In this document: positions 12,869 to 26,200 of the stretch, one piece after another | Layout: every line of letters begins with the position of its first letter | How positions within the stretch are numbered: position 1 is the first letter of the stretch | NCBI RefSeq assembly: GCF_016432865.1 | Contig: NC_067399.1 | Location: forward strand, 453,902,001-453,966,000 | Source of the DNA: Antechinus flavipes | Taxonomy: Eukaryota | Length of the DNA: 64,000 bases | Direction: 5' to 3' | The notes under the pieces: generated by a model | Told to the model about the DNA's origin: nothing | The model's database searches: none | Seen by the model: only the letters and a program-made list of their open reading frames with translations | Translations under genes and position numbers: made by a program

Positions 12869-15800
12869 CTGGTACAAGAAAGAAAAACAAGAATGTCATC
12901 CTGGTACACTTTCTGATGCTTAAGGAAGGTAGTAATAGAAAAGAAAGGAAGAGACTCTTTGAGCCTCTGCCCCCTCCCTTCCTCCCCTTCCCAGGGTCCT
13001 CCTACCATTGTTACTGCCTAAAAATGGGGGCAGCACACATGACCATCACTTATAAATACTATTGAGGACAACAACTTTTAAATTAAAAGAACCACAGAAT
13101 ATTAGAGCCAGAAGGGTATTTAAGATTTTTTTCTAGCCATGGGATCAGAGCTCTAGACCTGGGAAGAACCTTTGAAGAAGGAACAGAAACTAAGTATGAA
13201 AAAGCAATGTGCTCCTGATGCATTGTTGGTGGAATTGTGAATACATCCAGCCATTCTGGAGAGTGATTTGGAACTATGTTCAAAAAGTTATCAAACTGTG
13301 CATACCCTTTGATCCAGCAGTGTCCTTCCTGGGCTTATATCCCAAAGAAATCTTAAAGAAGGGAAAGGGTCCTGTATGTGCAAGAATGTGGCAGCCCTCT
13401 TTGTAGTGGCCAGAAACTAGAAACAGAGTGGCTGCCCATCAATTGGAGAATGGCTGAATAAATTGCGGTATATGAATGTTATGAAATATTATTGTTCTGT
13501 AAGAAATGACCAGCAGGATGATTTCAGAAAGGCCTGGAGAGACTTGCATGAACTGAAGCTGAGTGAAATGAGCAGAACCAGGAGATTATTATATACTTCA
13601 ACAACAATACTACATGATGATCAATTCTGATGGACATGGCCCTCTTCAGCAATGAGATGAACCAAATCACTTCCAATAGAGCAGTAATGAACTGAACCAG
13701 CTACACTCAATGAAAGAATTCTGGGAGATGACTACGAACCATTACAAAGAATTCCCAATCCCTCTATTTTTGTCCACCTGCATTTTTGATGTTGTTCACA
13801 GGCTAATTGTACACTATTTCAAAGTCCGATTCTTTTTGTATAGCAAAATAACTGTATGGATATGTATACATATATTGTATTTAACTTATAACTTTAACAT
13901 AATAATAATAATAATAATAAAAAAGCAATGTGCTCAATGTCACATAAGTTAGTGACAGACACTATGATCCAGGCCAGTACTTTTTTGACAGAAATGCCTT
14001 AGTAGTTGTAAACCATCAGATTTAGCTGGACCCTTTCCTCCTCTTTCCCCTTCCTTCAGGAGATATGTTTCAGATTCCCATTTAAGACAGGTGAAATCTG
14101 TTATAAAATACTTTGACCTTAGAAAAGAACATAGTATATGGGCATCAGGCCATTTCTTTTACAATCCTAAAGTAGGTGATAAAAATATCATCTGAGGGTT
14201 GAAATGACCTGACCCAAGTCATATGAATATTTAATCCAATATATGCTGCTCCTTTTTATTTCATGTGCTTAGCTATTACTGTTACTAGTAGAGGAGTTAT
14301 ATGTTTGATGCATTCAAGTCTTTAAAGCTCAAAAAAATAAAAACCTTCCAGCAAATATATTTTTCCCCCTGGGTCCACAGTATCGATTTTTACATGTCTG
14401 TGTACAGAGCACAGACTGATGAAACAGAGATTCAACAGTTCCAGTTCATAAAGGAAGGTCAATGTTTATGGGTACATATTCTCAGGGTTGAAATGTTCCC
14501 TGATCTGAGGAACTAAGAGGCCAAATGCCTCTTAAGATTGCCCAGACTGGCATCCCTTTCTATACTAACTCTGTTAATGAACTGGGATGCCTATCTGATT
14601 CTATTAGAAGGGGCACTTCTTTTTGCTCTTTTTGTGAACTGAGGAATGGCTGAATAAATTGTAGCATACGATTATAATGGAACACTACTGTGTTATAAGA
14701 AATTGTGAGAGGGATGTTTTCAGAAGAATCTGAAAAAACTTGTACGAACTGAGGCAAAATGAAGGGAGTAGAACTAAAATAATATTGTACATAGTAACAG
14801 CAATATTGTAATGATAAACAACTGTGAGACTTATTCCCTCTGATCAATAAAATGATCTATGACAATTTCAAAGGACTCATGATATAAATAAATTCACTTT
14901 CAGAGAGAATTTTTGAACTTTGGAGTGTAGGGCAGTATATTATTTCTTTATTTTTCTATCTTTTCCCTCTGTAGCAGGGCTAATGTAGAAATACATTTTA
15001 TATTATTTCATATGTATAATGGATATTGTATTTCTTATCTTCTCAATTGGTAGGGGAAGGGCCAGAGAGAGGGAGAAAATTTGGAACCAAAAATAAAATT
15101 AAAAGGAAAAAAGAAAAAAGTGGTCTCCACTCTCAAAGATAACTTCTGGGTAAGAAAAACTACTATTTTACCTGTGACGGTGGTTAAACTTCTGCACCAG
15201 TCTTCCTCCATCAGCGAGCCGGATTTGGATGTTGGTTGTGGGCTCTGATTCATCAATTGCGATGGAGGAACTGGCTTTGGCTTCATTTTCAGCTTGCTGG
15301 GCTGGAGAGCTTGTGTTCAATACCTGGGGGGTAGTGCTGAGGAAGGAGAAATTTTTGCACAGAAACATTCACATTTTGTTATAATAATGCATTTTAAATT
15401 CTTATTCAAGTTTCATACCAGCTCTACAGAAATGTTTTCTTTCCTGTAGTTTCTGGTATTTTCACAATGACCCAGATAATGGGGGTATCCATTAAATGGC
15501 CAAAGTAATTAATATCTTTATGCTGTATGTCACGTTAGCACTCCATCCTTGAATTTTGTTTGTCATTTAATTTCTTTTAAAATTTCTAATTTTAATCCTT
15601 TTGAATCTTGAGTTTGTGATAATTTGCTTGGCAACTTACCTGCTATGCTTCCCTTTAATAATTGTTATGATTACTAAGACTGTAATTAGAAACATAAGTT
15701 ACATGGCTATAAGTAATGGAACTAAGGAGTTAAAAATGAGCATTCCATACAACAGCAGCGAAAAGGAGATAGTTGAGTATGAAAAGCCTTCAACAAATTA

Positions 15801-18800
15801 GGAACTCTGAAGAAGGGGAGCAAAAAATGTGTCTTCAAGAAATTGCATTTGATAGAATCTCTGTGATCTACTTAAGGCATAGTCAAAAGTAGCACAAAAT
15901 GGGCAGATATGGATGGAGTGTGATCTGTACTGCTGGAGGGAATATCCAAATCAATGAAAACAGATCATTTTGAGTACTAATAACAATAAAACAGCACTTT
16001 TTTGGTTACAAAATACTTTATATATACACACCTCATCTGATCCTTAAAACAACACTATAATATGCAGAAAATCTTATTATCCTTATTCTAGAGACAAAGA
16101 AATTGAGAACAAGAAGGTTAATTTGACTTGCTCCAGGTTAGCTAGTAAGTGGCAGAAAGTAGACTCAAATCTGACTGTGCCCAAACAAATCTATATCCCT
16201 TGGCTTCTCAGTTACTGGGCTGACACTTGAAGGACAAGATATTGAGATACCAAAGTACTGAATCAAATCACAAATATTTCTTGAATGGCTAATATGTCAA
16301 TAGAGGATAAAAGAGATAGGTCTAGTCAGGAAGAAAAAATATAATCATCAGTAGAATTAGACACATAACCAGGTAAGATTGGTGAAATAAAGACTTGCTT
16401 GGAATAAATGGAGGGGCAGCTAGAAAACAAGGGCACAGTACAAAACAAAGTTAAAGAGGCGGGTTACAGTGGAAAAAAATGCTAGATGTAGAGTCAGCAG
16501 ACCATGCTCTGAACTCCTACTCTAACTGCTCAGTAGCTATGTGACCTTGTACATGGCTTTTACCTCTGTGCCTCAATTTCTATATCTGTTCTAAGTCAGG
16601 GATAATAATGTGCCCCTCAATTTGGGGTATAACTGAACAAATTACATTATATTGATGTAATGGAATTGCCCTGAGTAATAAGGAATGGGATAATTTCAGA
16701 GAAATACAGAAATATAAGACTTTTATGAATTAATATATAGGGAAGTGAACAGAACCTGGAAAACACTTAATTAGCCGCATGGTAAAAATAAACAGCTTTG
16801 AAGGACTTAACTCTATTCAAGGCAAAGACCAATTAAAGTACCAGAGGACCAGAGTACATGAAGACAACAGTTGGAATTAATTGCCAATGAAAGGCAACTG
16901 AGCAAGGCAGCATCTTATTAAGAAAAGATAAAAAGGAAAAAAGAAAAAGAAAAAATTGGTAAGACAGTATGTCTGACAGTATCAAATAGCCATAACATGC
17001 ATACAAAACACAGGTTAATCTGCCTCACAGAAAAGAAAGTAAATAGCTATAGAAATGTCTTCTCCCTAGGTTATTAGAGAAAATGAAGTGTTCCTTGAAG
17101 GAAGAGAATAAATGTTTCAAGAAGGAAAAAGTATTTGTAGAGGCAGAATGAAATCATTAAGCTGTGTAAGGAGAATGAAGAAGTAGAAGAATGTAACCAG
17201 AAAAAGGAAGGGAAGAATGACCACTAAACACTTGGAGCTATCTTAACAGTTATAAGAATCTTCCTTTAGAACTGAGAACTGGGCCAGAGCAGGCATTCTG
17301 AGGTCCAAGAAATGATGATATGCATACAAAATGTGGAATCACCAGGAGAGGACATACAATGATGGTTAGAGAAAGAAGACAACACAAATAGTGGTTACTT
17401 GGTTGCTACATATCGACTTACCATAAATGAAAAATCTATCTTCTCTTCTTTCTATATGCTCTTTCTTTTGGAGATCTTATCAAATCAAGAGGCTCAATTA
17501 TCATCTCAAATCATATGATTCCCATATCTATTTAGCCAATCCTACCTCTCACTTGAGTTCATATTTTGCATTTTTAATTGCATATTAGACATTCTGAATT
17601 GGAAGTCTTGGGTAAGAGACCTACTAAGCGTATGTTATCTTCATCACTGCAATCAAGAGAAGACAGAGATTTCAGAAGAGAAAGGAATACCTGAAACATA
17701 TAACTGCCTAAGAAGATTTCATATGAGAATGGAATTGAAATTTCTTCAATACAGCATGAAACTTAGGATGATTCATAGTAGTGAAAAAATTGGATACTAT
17801 GGCATATGAAAATAGGCTGAATGAACTAAGAACTTTTAGACTGGAGAAGAGAAATTTCCAGGGAAACATGATAGTTGTCTTCCAAGTGATTTGAAAGACT
17901 GTCAAGTGAAAAAGAGTTTAGACTTATTTTGTGTGTCTCTAGAAGGTAGAAATAGGAGATATGGGTGGAATTTTCTCAGTGGTGGCTTTCTAAAATGACA
18001 ACTGTGGAAATATGCTGTCTCAGGAAGTAAAAAGTTTCCCCTTGCTAGAAGTCTTCAAGCAGAGACTGAATGACAAATTGTCAGGGAAATTTTAGAATGT
18101 TTCTTAAGGGTTTTCTAAAACGTCAGTGTGGGCAACTTCTTTTTAGGGTATTCCTACTTTGGAGCTTGCAATTCATATTAAGATTTTATTTTTACCAGAA
18201 GTGCACATGATGTTCTCTCTTCTGATTAGAAGCAAACCTTCTGGGGATATTTGGTCAATTCTCATTCATATTGGGAAAATAAAAACTACAACTGCATCTA
18301 GGGAAATAGCAACCACAGTTGGAATGAGGTAGTATAGAAACCAAATGGGGCATATTGCATCAGGCTTCTTTGAGAAAAAGACAAAAGATAATTGTTGTGA
18401 AACCATCAGAAGTACAGAAGACAAAGAAGCCTTTAACTGGGAAACCCAACAGAGAAGAGAAAAATTATCTGAAGTTTCCAAAATCCATGCCTGGTATCTC
18501 TAGGATGGCTATGCTTTTCGTGCATAAGGATAGTTAAAGAATCAGGTGACAATACCAGTCAAATCTGTTCCCACTATGGTAGAGTGGAAAGGACACTGGA
18601 CTGGGAGTTAGGAGACCATGAAGGGTTAAATTTTGGCCCAGCTGTTTATTAGCTATAGAAGTATGGACAAGTCATTTCCTCTCTTTCATCTTCATTTGTA
18701 GAATCTTCATTTGGAATGTCTGCATTCTTATCGCACTGTGAAGAAAGCACTTTACCACCAAAAGGATAACTCCTTGTTTTACACTTCTAAACTGAAAGCC

Positions 18801-20217
18801 TTTATCTTGAACCACATTTTTGCCAATAAGATATTATCAACAAGAACCCCATAACTGTACAATCTTGGAGTTGGAAAGGATCTTTGAAGCCTTTTAGTCC
18901 AAATTCTATTGGAACAAGAATCTTCTCTGCTCTACAATATCCCTGACAAGTGATCTTCTAACAGACTAATAAACTTCTTTCGTAAGTTTTTTTTTTGTTT
19001 TTTTTTGCTGAGGTAACTGGGGTTAAGTGACTTGCCCAGGGTACAGAGCTAGGAAGTGTTAAGTGTCTTGAGGCCAGATATGAACTCAGTCCTCCTGACT
19101 TCAGGGCTGGTGCTCTATCCACTGCACCACCTAGCTGCCCCCTTTTTTGTTTTAACAGCCAACTTATTTTTAGTGCTCTGACTATACTGTGATTCTTGGA
19201 ACACAGATACAATTCTTTATGCTAAAGAAGGGTTACACACTTTCTACCCTAGGTGTACTCAATCTTAAACGTAGAGCTGGAAAGAGCATTAGTAAATAAA
19301 ATGTTTAAAGCTAAAATAGAACCCTGAGGTTGTCTAATCTAATACCTTAATTTTTACAGATGAAGAAACTAAAGGACAAAGATGATTAGGGAGTACTTTT
19401 ATCATATCACTTTGCTGCTCAATAATCTTATCTCTGAGGCACCAAAATAAAAGTGCTAATTGGCAGACAAGACTCTTAAAATTCTGGCTCCACTTTTCCT
19501 AACATATCTACTTATTCTTCACCAACACTCTCCTGCTCAATCAGTACCTTCTTCTCATTGAGGAATAAAACCTTTACTTCTGTCTAGATTTGGTCTCTCT
19601 TCTATTTATTTTAGTTTCTTTTCCACATTAAAGTGGACCTTAATATAAGGGATCTTTTTTTCCTATATTTAAAAAAAAAATTATTTTTCCTAGTTACATG
19701 TGAAACAATTTTTTACACGTTTATCAAAATTTTGAGTTGTGGATTTTCCCCATAGTAAGAAGGGACATATGAGTTATGCAAAACATTTCCATAAAAATCA
19801 TGTTGTGAAAAAAAAATATAGATTTCTCCCCAAAAAAAAACCCTCAAGAAAAATAAAAAGTATGCTTCAATTTGTATTTGGACACAACCAGTTCTTTCTT
19901 TGGGTATGGACAGCATTTTTTATCATAAGTCCTTCAGAATAGTCTTGGATCACTGTACTGCTGAGAATAGCAAAGTCATTCACAGCTGATTATCTTACAA
20001 CATTGCTATTACTCTGTACACAGTGCATTTCACTTTGCTTGAATTAATGGAGGACTTTCTAGGTTTTTTCTGAGAAAATACTGCTTATTCTTTCCCATAG
20101 AACAACAATCCACATACTCCACATACTCACATACCACAAATTATTTAGCTATCCTCCAATTGATGGGCACCCTTTCAATTCCCAATTCTTTACCCAAAGG
20201 TAAAGAGGCAAGAGCTG

Positions 20218-20270
<53 letters not shown>

Positions 20271-23200
20271 CTTCTCCCTTAAATTGGGGAATGGCTCTTA
20301 TTTTTTACAAATCTGACTCAGTTCCCTATGCATTTGAGAAATGAGAACGTTATCAAAGAAACGTGCTTCAAAATTCTTTTCACAAATACTATTGCTAAAC
20401 TGCATTCCCCCTTAAAAAAGGGATCTTAATTCATTTGCAGGCTCAGTAAGAACAAAAGTATCAGAAGAGAGCCAAAGCATAAAATGAATTTTAGGCTACA
20501 TTAACAGAAATCTAGTGTGTAGAATAGGGCAGCCAGAGGGTACAATGGATTGAATACTTTGACTGGAGTCAGGAAGACTCATCTTCAAAAGTTCAAATCC
20601 AGTCTCAAGACACTTTCTAGGTATATGATCCTAGACAAGTCACTTAACCCTGTTTGCCTCAGTTTCCTAATATATAAAATTAAATGGAGAAGGAAATGGT
20701 AAACCGCTTTAGTATTTTTGTCAAGAAAATCCCAAATGGGATGAGGAAGAGTCAAATATGATTTACAAACATAAAAGTGTAGAATGTGGGGATGTCATTC
20801 CTATGGTTTTCTGCACTAGTTAGATGTCATCTGTAGAGCTGTTATTTCCAGATATCAAATTTTAGGTGGGACTTTGACAAGCTGAACTTTGTCTACATCA
20901 TATCACTGAAGAAAATAAGAATCATCTTAATTCTGACATTTATTAGTTGTATGGCCACAGGCAAGTCTTTAACTTCTTTGAATTTCAATTTCCTCATCTG
21001 TATGATGAAGATTATAACATCTGTACTGCTTAATTCATAGTGTTAAGAGGGAAGTGATTTTAAACCTTAAGTACTATATAAATCTAAGTTTAGCCTGGAG
21101 AAGAGAAGATGGAAGAGAAGTCAGGATCTATCTTTAAACATGTAAAGGCTTGTTAAGAGGGAATGATAAAGATAAGTAATTCACAATTCTACGGTAAGGT
21201 TTATAAGATACTTTCTTCACAACAATTCTGTGGGATATGAAGTACAAATATTATCTCCATTTACAGTTATCATAACTAAGAAGCTAAGTAAGTAATATGT
21301 CCAAAGTCACAAAACTATGTTGCAATCTAATCCATACACATGAAGCTAGGGATTCTAAAAGATAGAGATGAGGAAGGAATATATTCTAGGAATGGAGAAA
21401 AATTTGTAAAAAGGCAAAAGCAGGAAATGGGAATTCTGGAATATAGGAATAGTAAATAATCTAATTTAGTTGGAATGGAGAGTATATGACATAAGTAGTG
21501 TGAGAGCCTAGGCATTCTGGTAAGCAATGTCAAAGGTAGATGTTTCAACTACAGCACTCTTTCCATTGGACCAGATAAATTTTAATGGCCCTTTCAGCTC
21601 TAATATTCTTAGTCTATAAAAATTAATCCTAATGACCTGAGCTCACAATGCTTATATGTTTTCCTTTTCTACTTATTTTGTGCTTACTATATATTGTACA
21701 ACATAGCACTTTATTACTTTATCTTGCCTCCCAAGAGATTATAAATTCCTTTTCTTGTAATTTTTGGTAGTCTATGTTGGTAAATCGTCTAGAGAGTCAT
21801 CATTTCCAAATGGGCCTAATTTATGACCCCTGCTCCAGCATTTGCAAGTGAAAAAAGTTGAAGTAGGAGTCAGGGAGAGCCTACCTACTAAAAAATCTCT
21901 TCAGCTCCTGTCCTCTCCTGAGAAAGATGACAAAACACTATTGCCACAGGGATTGGACAGCACCTACAGGACCTAGAATACTAATGGCAACCAGTAACAA
22001 GACAAAGGCCTCAAAGGAGCAAAGGTGCATAGGATTGGAAACAGAATCATAGACTAATAAAGGTTTAGAAGTTTATCACATCCCTTCATAAGTAGAGGAA
22101 GGAGATGAAACCCAGAGAAGGCCCAGAGCAATTTGCCTGAGATGATAAAATGAATCAGTGATGGTGTGGATCAAGTCTTTTGATTCAGTTTGGTGCTTAG
22201 AAATTATTTTTTACTATGATGTTGATTATGGCCATCAAGCCCATAGATTCTTGTGTTCTAAGGGTCTGCTACTGTAAGCCTTTTACATTTTAAGGTGCTT
22301 CCATTTTAGGTTGCCTAGGATTCTGTAAATTAGGAGAAGAGGGACATCAATGAGGGCTAGAGTTATCTGGCAGGCTCTATGGATTTCACTATTCCCTCAT
22401 TCACACTGATTAAAGAGTGACTGTTATATCCAAGCAGCAACCTCTCAGCATTGGCAATGTACTTCTTTAAACATCACAACAATACTCTTCCTAAGCTTGT
22501 CTAGACTCTTATGTTAAGGAAGAACAACCACCAGATAAGAGAAATTTTTACTACTCATCAAGAGGTTATTTCTTAGGATTCTATTTTACTCATATAGACT
22601 TAAAATTTTTTGTCCAGATTATATCACTTAGAAGCTTATCACTATCATAACTTAATCAATTTTATTACCACAGGCTAGAAAGGGAGGTCAGGAAAAGAAT
22701 ATATTTGGTATTTCAAGTGTCAGTCTTATTTTATATTGCTCCCAGCAGTATAGTATACAACTTTCAAAATCTTTTTTACTTTGCAAAATAGTATCATACT
22801 AAACTACCAATAGCTAGGTACATTTTACTCAAGAGCAGCTTCATGCTATCCAAAGTGAGCTGTTTCTCTAAAAAGGTGGATTGTCTTAGTACTGATAACA
22901 TTTCATCCATAAGAAAGGTGGGATAGGTTCAAAAGGAGGAAACACGTGAAAAAAAAAGGGACAATTTTCATGGTTCAGTGTCTTTTTTGTCTCTCTTCAC
23001 AAATGTCTCACAATTAGGATAAAGAAAAATAAATCTGGAGTAAAATGATTTGTTTTTCTTTAAAGTACTTATTACTTTCCATTGCTTGCATGTTCTTTAA
23101 AGTCCTAATGTAACAGTTGCAAAGAACCTTCTATGACATGTAGAACTTATTTAATTTAAAAAAACAAACCATATTATATTTAAAAACATTTGTCTCACTA

Positions 23201-26200
23201 CACCTACTCACAGGCCTCATCTTTATATCAGAGATGATTAGGCAGATGTATAAAGCAAAATTGAGGAATCATCTTTTCTCCTCGTCAATCTCCAAACTTT
23301 AAAAGTGCTGTATATATGTGAGTTGCCATTTTAAAGAGATGTCAACTGAGGTCTAGAGAAATTAAATGACTTGCCCAGGCTAACCAGTAGAAAAGTCAGT
23401 ACCTACTCTGATCTCTAAGCCTTTTCTTACATGGAGCTACTCTTGAACTCCTCAAAAGGTGATGATGACTAATGGAAAAAGGTATTGAGAATGAAAGTCA
23501 CTGATGTAGCTGCTGCTGACCACCTCAGGCAGTTGTGGAGAGTGCTAAAGGGGATGTCAATTAATTATGTGCTCCTCAGGAAGAATACTTTTTTTTAATC
23601 ATGAAGCAATATTGTAATGGTGGGGTGATATAAGACTAAAGTTAATCAAGCACTTTTTAAGTGTCAGGCTCTGTGTTAGAGGTTGAAATTACAAAGAAAA
23701 ATTAAACAGTCTTTGCCCATGAAGAGCTTATATTCTACTAGGAAACCTAAGTTTCAGTTCTGGCTCCATCACATACTAAGCTTATGATCACGAGCATCAC
23801 TTAACCTCTTGAGCTTTAATTTCCTCATCTATAAAATGAGAAGGGAGGCATTTGGCTGATAGGAATTTTAAAGCCCCATTAAATTTCAGAATTTTATTAT
23901 TCAATCAAAACACATTATGTGATGAGCCTTGATCAGTGTTTGCTCACTGAAGAACCAAATTCTTGACACTTGAAAGAGAGCCTAACTAGCACTGATGGAA
24001 GGCTATTACAGTTTTTGTCTCTGCTTGTATCTTTCTTACCTGCCCAGTTTCTGACCCTCGCCAGTAAATGCTTTGAAGGTTCCCTTGGGCTTTACAAAGT
24101 CTTCATCACGATGGTCCTCCATGTCCAAGTTGACCTGTCCCCCACGTGATAACCTTCGCAGCTCTGTAGGTACTTCACTGGAGAAGAAAGGAAGCCATGA
24201 TATTCAAAAAGAGAAGTTAGCAATTGTTATAGTAGTGGCAGTGCAAATAAAAGGGGGAGAAGAATTACAGGGGTAGATTAATCTACAAGGTAACAGTTCG
24301 ACCTTTTTCCTTCAGTCAAGTCAACAAACATTTATCAGTACCTACTATGTGCAATATATAGTGAGTTGATGCTAGGGGAGACACAAAATTTAAATAAGAC
24401 AATTCTTGTCTTCATGGATTTTACACTCAAGTAGACGCATAAGACAAAAATGTAGATAGTTATAATGTACAATCCTACACACAAAAAATGCAATAGTGGG
24501 GTGTTTTGTAAGGTCCATGAGAATTATTGTTCTGTTTATTCAATGCCATTGCTGTGAATCCTATTGACTTCCCATGAACTACTCATCCACCCTACTCCAG
24601 CCACAGATAAAGGTTATCATATCCTTGATCTTGTCATTAGTCTCACATATGTACTACCTTCCATCTTCAAGAGTGCTGCAATCTCCTTACCCAACTATAA
24701 TCTGTTAGCTTTTTACCTCTCTTTCTGACTTCCCTTACAAAAATCTACTCTTAGTTTTCACTGTGACTTCCAAACTCTTGAAGCTTTGAATTTTTTCCTA
24801 GGCCATCTCCCTTGAACTAGCCACTTTCTTTTCCCTATCTTGATTCCTTAGTGAACTAATTCCATACTGTTCCTCTTCTCTTAAATCCTTACCTCTCTTA
24901 CTATCCATTTACACCCAGCCAAGCCTCAGTTTTGGATCACTCCTACCAATCGCCATCTTTGCTACTTCACACATGCTGAATGAAGTTGGAAAAAAAAAAA
25001 AAATCACACTAATCATTCTGACTAGGTCCACTACAAATTTGTTACAAAATCTCAACTGGCTCCTCACTGCTGTAAGATGATTCTTCTACATCTGTCATTT
25101 CAACTCACTATCCAACTCTCCACAGTAAAGCCTCCAAACTTTTTCATTCCTCCTTAAACTTCTCATGGCCTCCCCTCCTCTCCTCTCTATTTTACTTGCC
25201 TCAAACCTGACCTTACAAAGAAAAAACTGAGATCATTCACAATGAACTCCCTCTTGATACCCTATCATTTAAAGCCTTCTGCCACCATCTCCCACCTCCT
25301 CTGATATAATAGCCTTACTCCTTTCTAAGGATAATTCCTCTTCTGCTCAAAGCAATTCTATTCCATCTTGTCTTTTTCAAGACTGCCCCGTTTTCATTTC
25401 CACTCTTTCCCTGATTTTCCAATTCTCTCTCTTTACTGCCTTATTTCCTGCACTTATAAATATACCCATATCACCTCCATCCTGAAAAGACTGTCACTTG
25501 ATCCTTCCATCCTAATTTTTATCCTTTATCTCCTCTCTTTTTGTAGCTAAACTCCTTGAAAAGGCTGGCAACAATGGGTACCTCTAACTTTCTTTCCTCT
25601 CATTTTTTTCTTAACCCCTTACAATCTGACTTCTAATTTTATCATCTCACTGAAACTGCTCTCTCCAATGATCTCCATAATTACTAAATCTATGGGCCTT
25701 TTCCCTTCAGTCTAAAATCTTCTTGAACTCTCTTCAGCCTCTGACATTGTTGGGCTTCTCTTCCTCGATATTCTCTTCTCTCTAAATTTTCATGACACCA
25801 TTCTCCTGATTCTTCTCCTTTCTATCTGACTACCCTTTCTCTGTCTCTGCTGCTGGACCCTCATCTACATCTACACCCTAAGTGTCTCTCAGGGTTCTTG
25901 TCCTGGACTTTCTTCTCTTCTCATTAATGCCCCCCAAATTTATTATATCTAGGCTAACATTTCTCAAACCTACCCATACTGCCCCAAACTCTCTTTTAAT
26001 CTCTAATTTTGCATCTCCAATTGTCTTCAGACATTTCAAACTAGATATCCAGTAGACATATTAAGGTAAACATGTCTAAAACAACTTAATATCTTTTCCC
26101 CAAATTCTCTCTCTTACAATACAGGACAGCACCATATTCCTAATCCCTCAGGTATGTAACCTACATGTTATTCCCAATTCTTCATTATCTTTTACCCCAG

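Noticed and set aside
18208-18226. C/D box-like ATGATG...CTGA
   Set aside because: Too short for a snoRNA and on the non-transcribed strand; no intronic snoRNA, tRNA or rRNA gene was supported anywhere in the window.
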